A stretch of DNA of 64,000 nt from Nannocystales bacterium (GCA_050633305.1 JBOEGF010000008.1:160001-224000), one strand, 5' to 3'. Shown: positions 51,811-62,380, counted from the stretch's first letter. Numbers and translations: made by a program. Notes: a model not told the origin generated them from the sequence alone.

Positions 51811-53343
51811 CTACATGCCGCGCACGTCGTCGTGGACAACCAACGTCCACTCGAAAGCGTAGGTCGTTTCGCCGAATCCTCGAACCTCGAGGGTCTTGGC
51901 CACGATGCCGTCGGCGTCTCGCGTCCCCCCTTGCAACGGGCCGACCTCGACCTCGACCTTGTCGATTTCCGAGACCACCACCCGTTCTTGCAACCTGACC
52001 TCGTGGGGCTGAGCGCCCAGGTTGCTGATCGTGACACGGACGGTGCGGGGCTTACGAACCCACGAGCTCAACGGCTTGCGAGTGTGCTCAGCGGGTTCAA
52101 CCTTGCGATGGACCCTGAGGTCCGGGTTGGGACCCCACCCCAGCTCGAAGCTCTCCCCTGGCGCAACGAACAGCGTCGAGGTTCGACCCACGAATCCACC
52201 ATACCGCCGCAGCTCAACCGGGCCAGCGAGCAGCGGATGCGGACCGTGGTGTGTTTGGGTCGTGCGCAGGAGCACCGCCTCGACCTTCTCGGGGCGACAG
52301 ACCAGCTCGGTCCGAGCTTCAGACTCGAACGAGAACAACGGCACATGATGCGGACGGCCGTTGCTCGACACGGTGCGTGGACCCTCAGCCTTGAGCGCGA
52401 CGGGTTCACCGCCATCGTCAACACCGGGCATCTCGTCCCGGACCTCCGCGGCCCCTTCCCCGGTCGTCGAAATGACCTGGTCCCGAGCTTGTACCGAAAC
52501 CGCTTGGGTCTTTGCCTTGAGGGAGAGTGTATCCGTCTCGAGCCGTGGCGCGGTGGACCCCAAGGACGGACGCTCGGTCGAGAATGAGACTTCTGCATCC
52601 GTCCAATCCTCGCCGGTCGCTTGCCAGACACACGCCTGGGCCTCGAACAGAACACCCCCTTCCGGTTGCAGGGTCGCGACGTGAGCCGGGCGCCAGAGTG
52701 CACCGCCGACGGCGTAGCGAAGCGTCAACTCGATGCTCGACGGTCCATCGGCCTCGACTTGGATCTCCAGTTCAAACTGCCCAACGACGGAGCGGGTTTC
52801 GTCGTCGATCGACTCCTGCATGCGAAGCGCCTCGGACAAGGCCCTCTGAGCCCGAATCCGTCGGCGCTCGCTGTCGACGCGAGCATCCACCGCCTCACCA
52901 AGTTTTTCGCGCAGCATCGCGATCGCCGCCAGTCTCTTCGAGACGTCCCGACCCAGCGCGATGTCCTGGGACAACTCGGCCAAGAGAAGCGCCTCGACCT
53001 CCCGGGTCGCCGCAAGGGCCTCGCTGGAGACCTCAAACCGGAACTGAGTATCTTCGACCGCTGAACGACGCTCAGTCTCCACCCCCATCCAGTGCGCAAC
53101 ACGATCGCGCTGCGCCTCCTTGGTCGTCGCAGCGTGTCGAACCACGCGAGCTTGAACGACACGTCCGCCCGCAGAAGCCTGGGCACTGAGCGTCTTGTCG
53201 ACGACCACCGCGGCCACGTCGGGCACGCACAGCGTGTGCAACCCCGCGGGGAGTTCCACCGATCCGCTACGGGTAACCAACGCACGGTCCTCGAGCACGG
53301 TGACCTGTGTGATGGGGAGTTCGATGCTGGTTGCGTCGCTCAT
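51811..53343 (-). CDS. DUF4140/DUF4139 (MuiA-like) protein
   Basis: ITQVTVLEDRALVTR, QATGEDW, LLAGP, ERVVVSE. Confidence 0.88.
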   Translation of the reverse strand: MSDATSIELPITQVTVLEDRALVTRSGSVELPAGLHTLCVPDVAAVVVDKTLSAQASAGGRVVQARVVRHAATTKEAQRDRVAHWMGVETERRSAVEDTQFRFEVSSEALAATREVEALLLAELSQDIALGRDVSKRLAAIAMLREKLGEAVDARVDSERRRIRAQRALSEALRMQESIDDETRSVVGQFELEIQVEADGPSSIELTLRYAVGGALWRPAHVATLQPEGGVLFEAQACVWQATGEDWTDAEVSFSTERPSLGSTAPRLETDTLSLKAKTQAVSVQARDQVISTTGEGAAEVRDEMPGVDDGGEPVALKAEGPRTVSSNGRPHHVPLFSFESEARTELVCRPEKVEAVLLRTTQTHHGPHPLLAGPVELRRYGGFVGRTSTLFVAPGESFELGWGPNPDLRVHRKVEPAEHTRKPLSSWVRKPRTVRVTISNLGAQPHEVRLQERVVVSEIDKVEVEVGPLQGGTRDADGIVAKTLEVRGFGETTYAFEWTLVVHDDVRGM

Positions 53344-55445
53344 CCGTCCCTCCTGTTTCCGCCGACCAGTTCCGAGCCTCCCGGCACACGCACGGTCCAC
53401 GTCGCTGCAAGGGTCTGCTTTTCACCGGCCGGCACCTGGAGGCACCAACGCCGTCCCCCCTGCAGCGGGTCGTCCTTCGGCTTGTAGTGGTCCCATGGGG
53501 GGTCGACATTGGACTCCTCCACCTCGATGTCTTCCTCGTCGGACGCTGGAACCGGAACGCGTTCGCGGACCTCGATCAAGGCAGATGCGGGCAACAAGTT
53601 CTGCACATCGAGCACGATTCGGTGCGCGTAGGTGTTGTGCTTCTTGATCAAGCCCTCGGAGTCCTCGGAGAAGCTGACGTTGCGCGCAACCTTGATCGCT
53701 TGCTCAACGCCCAGCCCGACCTCAAAGCGGGCCCCGACCCCGACCGCATCCAGCGTCGCGGTCAGCAGGAAGACGTCGCGCTCGTAGACATCGAGCGGAC
53801 CCTCCGGGAGCGGTTGGCTCAGCGTGCTGCGACCGGCCAGGGTTCGAAAGACATCGAGACTGACACCGGGCACGCAAACGTGCGCACGGGAGGTTTGGAC
53901 GGTGGCCTCGAGCACCGACACAACGTGGGTCTGAGCGTCGCTGGGAATGTTCACCGCGGTGCCGCACACGTAGGCGTACGCGTGCCCGGCCTCCGCCTGA
54001 ACCCAGCTGTGCCCCGCGGGTGCCGAGCACGAGAAGCCCCTCGCGCGCTCGGTCGCCGCCGACACGAGCTCAGACAGCCGCGCCTGGTCGGCGCCAACAC
54101 TGGAGAAAACACCAACCCTTTGAAGCCGACCGCGGCCGAGTTCGAAGGGCATCGGGAGCCGCAGTCGCCCATAGTCGAACCAGGAGCGCCCCAGCCCGAC
54201 TTCGGGCTCGTGCACCGCGATGGCCGGTTCCGGAGGCTCGTCCATGAACGCATCGATCTCCGCCAGTTCTTCCCCCCCGCCGGCATCCATCATCGGGGCG
54301 GGTTCCGAACGCGGGGCCGCTTTCTTGGACTTCCGAGCGCGACCGAAGACAGGCGCCGCGGCTGGGGGCGGCATCGGTGCCCCGGAGGCGCCCGGCGCCA
54401 TCGCCATGCTCTGTTGTGGCGCCGGCGGGGACGCAGGCCGAGCCCGACGTGCGGGTGCGGGTTTCTTGGGGGTCGGTGCCGCGCTCCCGGCGAGCATCCT
54501 CGCGCCGAACGACGCGGGCAGCTCCAGCCCATCCATCTGCCGGTCGTGGTCGGCGTACAACGCTTCCGGGTCGGGCGGCGGCTCACGCCATCCTGCGCGC
54601 GCCACGGGAGGCTGCGATCGGCCAACACGCAGCGCATCCAGCCGCGGGAGATCGTGCCACGCCTGCCACGACGCGGTTGACACCGTGAGCGCGGCGCCCG
54701 ACCAGTCTTCACCGGTTTGCTGGGCGACCACGGCCCGTAGCTCCAGCGTTGCGCGCGTATCGTTCCCCAACCGGAGCGTATAGGAGGGCGCCCAACGAGC
54801 CCCAGGGACCCGGTAGCTCAGCTCGATCGGAACCTCATCGGTCGCCTCTCCTGGACTCACGCGCAATGTGACCCGCTTGCGAGGCTCGAAGCTCCGAAGA
54901 TCGCGATCGGACGACGACACCTGTTGCCGGTCCATCAACGCACGAAGGCTCTCCTCTGCCTGGTCGAGGGCGACCCGTTGCTCGGCGAGGGTTGTTTGCA
55001 TCTCAACCAAGGTTTGCCCACGCAACGCCAACCAAGCGAGACGACCTTGCGTCGGGTCGTGGGTTGGACGCTGGTCCTTGTGCTCGCCGACCCGCGGTCG
55101 CAACTCAACGGCCCGCAGCGCTTCGATGGACGCCGAGGTTTCCTGCAGCCGGCCTCGTGCTCGGTCGCGGGCAGCCGTGGCTTCGGACAACTCCACCTCG
55201 TCGCTGGGCTGGGCGGTCTCGTCCTGGATCGGGGCGTGGACGTCGACCTGGACGTCGGACACGGACCACCCAGCCGCTGCTGCGGCAGTACCAAGTTCGA
55301 CCCGAACCGACTCGTCGTCGAGGCACAGCGGCAGGCCATCGAGAATCACCTCTCCCGCACGAGGCTGCGCATGGGCGACCCGCGTGACCACAGCCCCCCG
55401 CTGGAACACGATCACCGCCGATACTGAGGACGCCAGAGCGGACAT
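53340..55445 (-). CDS. DUF4140/DUF4139 (MuiA-like) protein
   Basis: VIVFQRGAVVTR, WAPSY, QQTGEDW, ERVPV. ATGA overlap with the downstream paralog. Confidence 0.88.
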   Translation of the reverse strand: MSALASSVSAVIVFQRGAVVTRVAHAQPRAGEVILDGLPLCLDDESVRVELGTAAAAAGWSVSDVQVDVHAPIQDETAQPSDEVELSEATAARDRARGRLQETSASIEALRAVELRPRVGEHKDQRPTHDPTQGRLAWLALRGQTLVEMQTTLAEQRVALDQAEESLRALMDRQQVSSSDRDLRSFEPRKRVTLRVSPGEATDEVPIELSYRVPGARWAPSYTLRLGNDTRATLELRAVVAQQTGEDWSGAALTVSTASWQAWHDLPRLDALRVGRSQPPVARAGWREPPPDPEALYADHDRQMDGLELPASFGARMLAGSAAPTPKKPAPARRARPASPPAPQQSMAMAPGASGAPMPPPAAAPVFGRARKSKKAAPRSEPAPMMDAGGGEELAEIDAFMDEPPEPAIAVHEPEVGLGRSWFDYGRLRLPMPFELGRGRLQRVGVFSSVGADQARLSELVSAATERARGFSCSAPAGHSWVQAEAGHAYAYVCGTAVNIPSDAQTHVVSVLEATVQTSRAHVCVPGVSLDVFRTLAGRSTLSQPLPEGPLDVYERDVFLLTATLDAVGVGARFEVGLGVEQAIKVARNVSFSEDSEGLIKKHNTYAHRIVLDVQNLLPASALIEVRERVPVPASDEEDIEVEESNVDPPWDHYKPKDDPLQGGRRWCLQVPAGEKQTLAATWTVRVPGGSELVGGNRRDG

Positions 55446-55568
55446 GCCTGGCAGTGTGGCACCGATGGCACGTAGCGCACGACATGGATGTCAGACCGCG
55501 ACCCCGAGGCCGGATGCAAATGCCTTCTTTCGGAAAACAAACACAGGAATGATCGAATGCCGCGTGGC

Positions 55569-55584
55569 TGGCACTCCCCATGCA
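55569..55584 (+). promoter_or_regulatory. Candidate sigma54 (-24/-12) promoter
   Basis: TGGCACTCCCCATGCA (GG-N10-GC), preceded by an A/T-rich tract at about 55517-55555. Confidence 0.5.
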
Positions 55585-55649
55585 CAGGCTTCATGACGAC
55601 GGCCGCCCCTGGCCGAGCGACCGACCGAACCCCGCTGGAAGAACGACCG

Positions 55650-57257
55650 ATGCGCACAACCACGTTGGCTTACCCAATCGCACTTCTCACGACTCTCGTA
55701 CTGCTGGGCCCGGGTTGCTACGCACCCGGCGATGAGGCGTCCGGAGCCCAGGCCAACAACACGAGCGCAGGCGGGGTCGATACCGGCCCGAGTGGGGGCA
55801 CAGGGGGGTCGAACGACAGCGGCGCGAGTTCGGACACCGCGGCCACCGGATCTCCGGGCGGCACCGGAGGATCCGACGAGCCGGACCCCGAACCGGACCC
55901 CGAAGACTCGGGTGAAGAGGGCAGCAGCTCCAGCGGAACCTCGACCGGGGAGCCCGCGTGCGACGACCAGACCGCGGTCGAGCTGTACCTCTCGCCCGAT
56001 GACTCCAACTCCATGTCCTCCCCGGTTCAGGTCCGTTCGAAGGTCCTCAGCCCCGGAAGCAGCATCGCCGGGGCTCCGATCCGAGTGTGGGAGTTCCTCA
56101 ACTACTACACGTTCGACTATCCCGCGGCCGAACCGGGGACACTCGCGCTGCACACCTCGTTGCTGCGCGAAGACGACGCGCCCGAAGGGGAGTTCAAGCT
56201 CCAGATCGCCGTCACCAGTCCTGCGCTCGACAACACCGACCGCGCCAAGATGAACCTGACGCTCGTGCTCGACGAGTCGGGCTCCATGTCGGGCGCGCCG
56301 ATGTCTCTGCAACAGGAGACCTGCCGGGTCATCGCCAGCAGCCTTCGCGACGGGGACATCGTGTCGGTCGTGGGCTGGGATACCTCCAACGCGGTCAAGC
56401 TGGCCGGGCATGAAGCCTCGGGGCCCGACGACCCTGTGCTCCTCGACACCTGCAACGGCCTCACGGCGGGCGGCGGCACCGACCTCCACGGCGGCCTGGT
56501 CGCGGGCTACGACCTCGCGGAGCAGTTCTACGACAACACCCGCATCAACCGTATCGTCTTGATGAGCGACGGTGGAGCCAACGCCGGGATCACCGATGAA
56601 GAGCTGATCGCACAACACGCGGGCTCGCACGACCAAGACGGGATCTACATGGTCGGCGTCGGCGTTGGGGAGGGCAACTACAACGACCTGTTGATGGACC
56701 ATGTCACCGACATCGGCAAAGGTGCCTCCGTGTTCATCGATAGTCTCGACGAGGCGCAGAAGGTCTTTGGAGACCGATTCGTCAGCACGATGGCCGTGGC
56801 CGCTCGCGACGTCCAGGTCCAACTCGACATGCCACCAGGCTTCGAAATCGTGAAGTTCAGCGGCGAGGAGTTCAGCGCGATTCCCGAGGAGATCGAGCCC
56901 CAGCACATCGCCCCCAACGACGCGATGGTCTTCCACCAGAGCATCGCGACGTGTGCCCCCGAGCTCGCAGGCGAAGATGCCGAGATCACGGTGACCGCTC
57001 GCTTCCTCAACGCGGTCACGTTCGAAGCTCAAGAGGTCACTCGCACCGTCACCGTCGGGGAGCTGCTCGGGCAATCGGACCCACAACTTCTCAAGGGCGC
57101 CGCGATCTTCGCGTATGCCGAGGGCCTGAAGCTCGTGCGCGATGAGGGCGACAACACCGGCATCGCGGCGGCGTTGACAGCCCTGGAGCGCGCCGAGGAC
57201 GTCCTGCCCGGCGATGCCGACCTCGCGGAGATGCGCAGCGTCCTCGAGGCCATGTAA
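55650..57257 (+). CDS. VWA-domain (YfbK-like) lipoprotein
   Basis: Lipobox GPGC, EFLNYY, MIDAS DESGS, GGTD, MSDGGAN. Confidence 0.9.
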   Translation: MRTTTLAYPIALLTTLVLLGPGCYAPGDEASGAQANNTSAGGVDTGPSGGTGGSNDSGASSDTAATGSPGGTGGSDEPDPEPDPEDSGEEGSSSSGTSTGEPACDDQTAVELYLSPDDSNSMSSPVQVRSKVLSPGSSIAGAPIRVWEFLNYYTFDYPAAEPGTLALHTSLLREDDAPEGEFKLQIAVTSPALDNTDRAKMNLTLVLDESGSMSGAPMSLQQETCRVIASSLRDGDIVSVVGWDTSNAVKLAGHEASGPDDPVLLDTCNGLTAGGGTDLHGGLVAGYDLAEQFYDNTRINRIVLMSDGGANAGITDEELIAQHAGSHDQDGIYMVGVGVGEGNYNDLLMDHVTDIGKGASVFIDSLDEAQKVFGDRFVSTMAVAARDVQVQLDMPPGFEIVKFSGEEFSAIPEEIEPQHIAPNDAMVFHQSIATCAPELAGEDAEITVTARFLNAVTFEAQEVTRTVTVGELLGQSDPQLLKGAAIFAYAEGLKLVRDEGDNTGIAAALTALERAEDVLPGDADLAEMRSVLEAM

Positions 57258-57265
57258 GGAGCCCA

Positions 57266-57295
57266 ACGAGTGTCGCCGGGCCTGGCGACACTCGT
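57266..57295 (+). terminator. 12-bp perfect hairpin after the VWA gene
   Basis: ACGAGTGTCGCC-GGGCCT-GGCGACACTCGT. No U-tract. Confidence 0.5.
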
Positions 57296-57324
57296 CCACC
57301 TCTCACGGCCTCGGCGTGGGCTCG

Positions 57325-57352
57325 AAAAGAGAGCTCCGGCCGGGGCTCTCTT
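57325..57352 (-). terminator. Probable intrinsic terminator for the minus-strand efflux operon
   Basis: AAGAGAGCCCC-GGCC-GGAGCTCTCTTTT immediately after the stop at 57357. Confidence 0.6.
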
Positions 57353-57356
57353 CGGG

Positions 57357-58067
57357 CTAGGGGAGGACGGTTGAGATCGAAAACTGGAACCGCCAACCGT
57401 CGGCGCCGGCGATGTTTCCGTCCCCACGGACCGAGAGTGCATCTCCAGACTCCTCGGGCCAGCTGTCGACTTGGAGGGTCCCGTCCGCCGACTGGTTGCT
57501 GGTATCGAAGGCTGTCGTGCCAGCGCCTTCCTGCAGGCCGTACGACAATGCGTTGGGAGCGCTGATGCCACTGCCGGGTTCGCCAAAGTCCGAGCCGAGG
57601 TCGTAGGTCCCCGAGTCTTCGACCTGAACCCGCAGCGTGCTCGCCCAGTCCTCCCCATCCATCATGGCACCGAACTGCAGCCGCAGGACCCAACTCGTGG
57701 CCGTGGGGAACATGCAGATCGTGCCCAACGGCGTTGTGGGGATGTCGTCTCCGGCGACTTGAAACACCGGCAGGTCCGCTTCGAACTCGGTGATCAAGAC
57801 ACCCCCTCCCCCTTCACAGTCGAACGGGTCGCCGGGACCGTCGGTGTCGGAGTCCGACTCGCCCACGGTCGCAGAGACCTCGCCTCCGCTCGACGCAGAC
57901 GTCGACGCCGCGGCCCCGGTTGAAGCGGCCCCGGTTGAAAGACCGGTCATCTCAGCGGTCGCGCCACTGCTGGTGTTGCTCTCGGGGGCGGGGTCTTCAT
58001 CACACCCGGTCAACGGAAGAATCACGACGCCGCACAGGATCATCGTCGGTCCAACTCGATACGTCAT
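57357..58067 (-). CDS. Hypothetical lipoprotein downstream of the efflux pump
   Basis: Lipobox LTGC, Ser/Thr linker, beta-rich domain. Starts 13 nt after the czcA-like stop. Confidence 0.7.
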   Translation of the reverse strand: MTYRVGPTMILCGVVILPLTGCDEDPAPESNTSSGATAEMTGLSTGAASTGAAASTSASSGGEVSATVGESDSDTDGPGDPFDCEGGGGVLITEFEADLPVFQVAGDDIPTTPLGTICMFPTATSWVLRLQFGAMMDGEDWASTLRVQVEDSGTYDLGSDFGEPGSGISAPNALSYGLQEGAGTTAFDTSNQSADGTLQVDSWPEESGDALSVRGDGNIAGADGWRFQFSISTVLP

Positions 58068-58080
58068 GGACTCGGACTTA

Positions 58081-61000
58081 TCACGGGCTGTCATCGGCCC
58101 CGGGTGTGCAAGAGCGGTTTTCTCCAAGCCAAGCGTAGACCGCCGGCAAGACAAGAAGTGTGAGAGCGGTCGAAGTGACCAATCCACCAATGACCACCGT
58201 GGCCAACGGCCGCTGGACCTCCCCACCCGCCGTGGAGGCGATGGCCATCGGAACGAACCCAAACACGTCGGTGAGCGCGGTCATCAACACGGGCCGAAGC
58301 CGCTCCAGAGCCCCCGCGCGGCAGGCCTCCTCCAGCGGCGTGCCCGAGTCCTGTAGCCCGCGGATGTGTGACACCAAGACGACACCGTTGAGTACAGCGA
58401 TCCCGAACAATGCGATGAACCCCACGCCAGCGGAGATCGACAGCGGCATGCCGCGAACGTAGAGCGCGAACAATCCGCCCGTGGCCGCAAGAGGGATGTT
58501 GAGATAGATCAGAAGCGCCGGCCGACCCGCCCCGTAGTTGACCTGCAGAAGCAGGAAGATCAACAGCATCACCACTGGGACCACCACCGAGAGTTGCTCG
58601 GTTGCAGCGCGGAGGTTCTCAAACTGGCCCCCCCATTCCAGAACATACCCCGTTGGGAGCGGTACCTTTTCGTCCACAACACGTTGCGCCTCTGCGACGA
58701 AGCCGGCGAGGTCTCGACCCCGTACGTTGGCCTGAACTACCAGTCGGCGCTGGACATTCTCTCGCTCGATTCGAGCGGGGCCATCCTCGGTGACCAACTG
58801 TGCGAGTTCCCCCAACGGAACGAGTGCCCCCGATTCGGTCGAGATCGGGATCCGCCGGATCGTGTCCAAGCCGGATCGGGACTCTTCGGGGAAACGAACC
58901 TGAAGGGCGAACCGCCGCTGCCCACGAAAGACCTCACCGACGCGCAGCCCCCCCATCGCCGAAACCGCGTCGAGAACGTCGGAGGCATTGGCCCCGTGCC
59001 GCGCCAACGCCTCCCGGTCGACCCGAATCGTCAGAAACGGAAGCCCGGTCGACCGCTCCGCCGCGACATCGGCGGCGCCGGGAACGCCGGAGATCGCCTC
59101 AGCGACCGCTTCTCCTAGCGAGGCAAGTTTGGTCAGGTCCTCTCCGTAGAGAACCAAAGCCACGTCCGAACGCACCCCGCTGATCAGCTCATTCGTCCGC
59201 AGCTCGATCGGCTGCGAGAACGTGAACCGCATGCTGGGGAACTCCGAGTCGACCATCGCCGATATCGATTCGACCAGGGTCGCCTTGTCGGGCGCCTCCC
59301 ACCCCTCGCTCGGCCGGAGCAGCAGGTAGGTGTCGGAGGTCTCAGCGCCCATGGGGTCGGTTGCGATCTCGGCCCGCCCGGTCCGTGTGACAACGGAGTC
59401 AATCTCCTCCGGAAACCGCTCGAGCAGCTCCCGTTCCAGCCTCGAGGCGATCGCCGAAGACTCCTCGAGCGACACCGAGGGAAGCCGCCTCGATTGCATC
59501 GCGATCGAGCCCTCGTCCAGCTTTGGGATGAACTCGGCACCGAGTTGCGGAACGATCGAGAGGGAGCCCACGAAGGTCGCGACCGCGACTCCTGCGGTGA
59601 TCTTGGGGTGACGCAGGGTTCGTAACAACACCGGCGCATACAACCGGGTGGCCGCACGAACCATCCACGTCTCCCGCTTCGATCCTGAGCCGCGCAGCAC
59701 CACGCTCGCAGCCGCAGGGACGAAGGTCACGGACAGCACCAACGAGGCCGCCAGCGCGAAGATCACCGTGAACGCCATCGGACGGAACATGCGGCCTTCG
59801 ACCCCCTCGAGGCTCAGGACCGGCAGGTAGACGATGATGATGATCCCCACCGCGAACGTCACGGGGCGAGCGACCTCCAGGACCGCGCGCCGAACAGAGG
59901 TCCGGGTGGCCTCGGTCCGCTGCTGGTCGATGACACGGACGCAGTTGTCCACCACGACCACCGCCCCGTCGACGATGAGCCCGAAGTCGAGCGCGCCAAG
60001 GCTCATCAGGTTGCCCGCCACCCCCGTCGCGCGCATGCCGATGAATGTCGCGAGCATCGCAAGCGGAATGACGCTGGCCACGATCAGGCCCCCGCGCACA
60101 TTCCCGAGCAGCAGCAGAAGCACGACCACAACCAACACACCTCCCTCGACCAAGTTTGTCGCAACCGTCGAGATCGTCCGGTCGACCAGCTCGGTCCGAT
60201 CGTAGAACGTCTCGAGCGTGACCCCTGGAGGCATGCTCGACTGGATCTCGTCCATCTTGGCCCCGACGGCGCGGGAGACCTCTCCGGGGTTTTCGCCGAT
60301 GAGCATCATCACCGTCCCGGTGACGACCTCACCACGGCCATCCCGGGTCACCGCGCCCTGCCGCACCATAGGGGCGACGCGGACCGTTGCCACATCGCGA
60401 ACGAGAACCGGGGGTCCCCGCTGCGGAGTCGCAACGAGGACCGACTCGATATCGGAGAGGTTCTCGAGCAAGCCGACGCCGCGAATGATCCGCTGCTCTC
60501 CTGCGTGCTCAATGTACGCGCCACCTGCGTTGGTGTTGTTGTCGTCAAGCGCGGCAAGCACCGTGTCCAGCCCAACGCCGTGCGCCTGCAGGAGGTCGGG
60601 GTTCACCTGCACCTCGTAGGTTTCGAGCTCGCCCCCGAAGGGGTTCACCTCGACGACCCCGGGAACGGAGCGCAGATGATGTGCAACCTGCCACTCCAAG
60701 ACCGTCCGCAGCTCCATCGCAGACCAACAGACACCACTGTCGTCTGTCTCGGGAGCACACATCGGGTCGCCGCGAACCTCAAACAGGACGATCTCTCCCA
60801 GGCCACTCGACATGGGACCCATGGCCGGCTCGCCATAGCCCTCCGGGACTGCCTCGCGCGCGGCCGCCATGCGTTCCTCGACCTGCTGCCTGGCTTCGAG
60901 GACGTCTGTGCCCTCCTCGAACGCGATGGTGACGACGGAGATACCGAACCTCGACAGGCTCCGAAGCTGCTCCACCCCAGGCAACCCACTCATGACGTTC

Positions 61001-61239
61001 TCCACCGGGTACGTGACGAAGCGCTCGATCTCCAACGGACTCAGAGCAGGCGCGCTCGTCATGACCTGAACCTGGACGTTGGTCACGTCCGGCACCGCGT
61101 CGATCGGGAGCGCCTTCATCGCGCGTACTCCCACCACACCGACCAAGAGGACGAGGAAGATCACCACCCACCGGTTCTGCAGCGACATGTCTACGACCGT
61201 GGCGAGTAGCCCGGAGCGCGGTGTGGTTCTAATGCCCAT
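58081..61239 (-). CDS. czcA: CzcA/CusA-family heavy-metal RND permease
   Basis: LPIDAVPDVTNVQVQ, NLMSLGALDFGLIVDG, EGRMFRPMA, RLRPVLMTA, EVQRPLATVVIGG. Confidence 0.95.
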   Translation of the reverse strand: MGIRTTPRSGLLATVVDMSLQNRWVVIFLVLLVGVVGVRAMKALPIDAVPDVTNVQVQVMTSAPALSPLEIERFVTYPVENVMSGLPGVEQLRSLSRFGISVVTIAFEEGTDVLEARQQVEERMAAAREAVPEGYGEPAMGPMSSGLGEIVLFEVRGDPMCAPETDDSGVCWSAMELRTVLEWQVAHHLRSVPGVVEVNPFGGELETYEVQVNPDLLQAHGVGLDTVLAALDDNNTNAGGAYIEHAGEQRIIRGVGLLENLSDIESVLVATPQRGPPVLVRDVATVRVAPMVRQGAVTRDGRGEVVTGTVMMLIGENPGEVSRAVGAKMDEIQSSMPPGVTLETFYDRTELVDRTISTVATNLVEGGVLVVVVLLLLLGNVRGGLIVASVIPLAMLATFIGMRATGVAGNLMSLGALDFGLIVDGAVVVVDNCVRVIDQQRTEATRTSVRRAVLEVARPVTFAVGIIIIVYLPVLSLEGVEGRMFRPMAFTVIFALAASLVLSVTFVPAAASVVLRGSGSKRETWMVRAATRLYAPVLLRTLRHPKITAGVAVATFVGSLSIVPQLGAEFIPKLDEGSIAMQSRRLPSVSLEESSAIASRLERELLERFPEEIDSVVTRTGRAEIATDPMGAETSDTYLLLRPSEGWEAPDKATLVESISAMVDSEFPSMRFTFSQPIELRTNELISGVRSDVALVLYGEDLTKLASLGEAVAEAISGVPGAADVAAERSTGLPFLTIRVDREALARHGANASDVLDAVSAMGGLRVGEVFRGQRRFALQVRFPEESRSGLDTIRRIPISTESGALVPLGELAQLVTEDGPARIERENVQRRLVVQANVRGRDLAGFVAEAQRVVDEKVPLPTGYVLEWGGQFENLRAATEQLSVVVPVVMLLIFLLLQVNYGAGRPALLIYLNIPLAATGGLFALYVRGMPLSISAGVGFIALFGIAVLNGVVLVSHIRGLQDSGTPLEEACRAGALERLRPVLMTALTDVFGFVPMAIASTAGGEVQRPLATVVIGGLVTSTALTLLVLPAVYAWLGENRSCTPGADDSP

Positions 61240-62380
61240 GACCCGCTCCGATCGACCGCTTGAGCAGGACTGACTTGAGCAAGAAGATCCCGCTCGTCAC
61301 GACCTCTTCCTCCTCGGAAAGGCCCGCCCGCACCTCGACGACCCCATCGACGGCCGAACCCGTCACAACGTCACGTGCGACGAATTCTCCGGAAGCCTCG
61401 CCTCGTACAAACACCACCGACCGGTCACCCACGGTGGACACAGCGACGCTCGGAACGGTGAGAACTTCCCGCGCTTCGACCCCCTGGGGGTCCTCCTGCA
61501 ACGCCATTGTGCCGAACATGCCCGGCCGCAGTTCGAGCGCTGGGTTCTTCAGGACCATCCGCACCGCCAAGGTTCGCGTCTCAGGGTCCAGCGTGGGCGC
61601 GATGTAGTCCACGACGCCGCTCCAAGCTTTCTCCGGATGGGCGATGAATGTCGCCTCGCCGCGCATGCCCACGGACACATCCCCAATTTGCTGCTCGTAG
61701 ACGCGCCCGACGACCCAAACGGATTCGAGGTTCGCGACCACAAACGGGTCCGACGTCTCGTCGACGTACTCTCCTAGACCCGCGTGCCGTTCAACGATGG
61801 TTCCGTCGATCGTGCTGGTCAGTGCAAGCGCCACACCCGAGCCGCGGCTCCGATCGTACACGCTGAGCGCAGAGCGGATCGCGGCGACCTCGGCTCCGGC
61901 CTGCTCGGCCCGGGACCGAGCCTCGGTCTTGGTCTTGAGGGCCGAGATTCCCGCCCCGACCAATGCCTCAGCCCGCGCAAGACCTGCATCGGCCGCCCTC
62001 TTCCGTGCTTGCGCAGCCCTCAGCGCGCCACGACGACGCCCGAGGTCCGCGCTATCGACGGTGGCCAGCACGTCGCCACGTTTCACCCGCTGACCCAGCG
62101 TGACCCTCGGATCTCGGAGCCGCCCAGGGAGCAGTGGCGATACGTGGGCTACCTGGTCCGAGTTGATCTGGACGTCAGCTGGAACCCTCAGCGAGCCAAG
62201 CAGCACCCGACGGACCGCCCGCTCGGTTCGAACCCCGTTGCGTTCGAGCACGTGCGGGGCAATGTGCACTCGGCTCGACCGCGCCTCGTCGCGATGCTCG
62301 TCATGCGTCTCCTCGAGTCCCGGCGCGCCGCCACACGCGAACGAGAAAACGCCCCATACAAGCAAACGTCGGGAACTCAT
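61229..62380 (-). CDS. czcB: CzcB-like RND periplasmic adaptor
   Basis: Lipoyl/barrel-sandwich motifs (GQRVKRGDVL, TRTLAVR, LRPGMFG). His-rich ends. Confidence 0.9.
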   Translation of the reverse strand: MSSRRLLVWGVFSFACGGAPGLEETHDEHRDEARSSRVHIAPHVLERNGVRTERAVRRVLLGSLRVPADVQINSDQVAHVSPLLPGRLRDPRVTLGQRVKRGDVLATVDSADLGRRRGALRAAQARKRAADAGLARAEALVGAGISALKTKTEARSRAEQAGAEVAAIRSALSVYDRSRGSGVALALTSTIDGTIVERHAGLGEYVDETSDPFVVANLESVWVVGRVYEQQIGDVSVGMRGEATFIAHPEKAWSGVVDYIAPTLDPETRTLAVRMVLKNPALELRPGMFGTMALQEDPQGVEAREVLTVPSVAVSTVGDRSVVFVRGEASGEFVARDVVTGSAVDGVVEVRAGLSEEEEVVTSGIFLLKSVLLKRSIGAGHGH

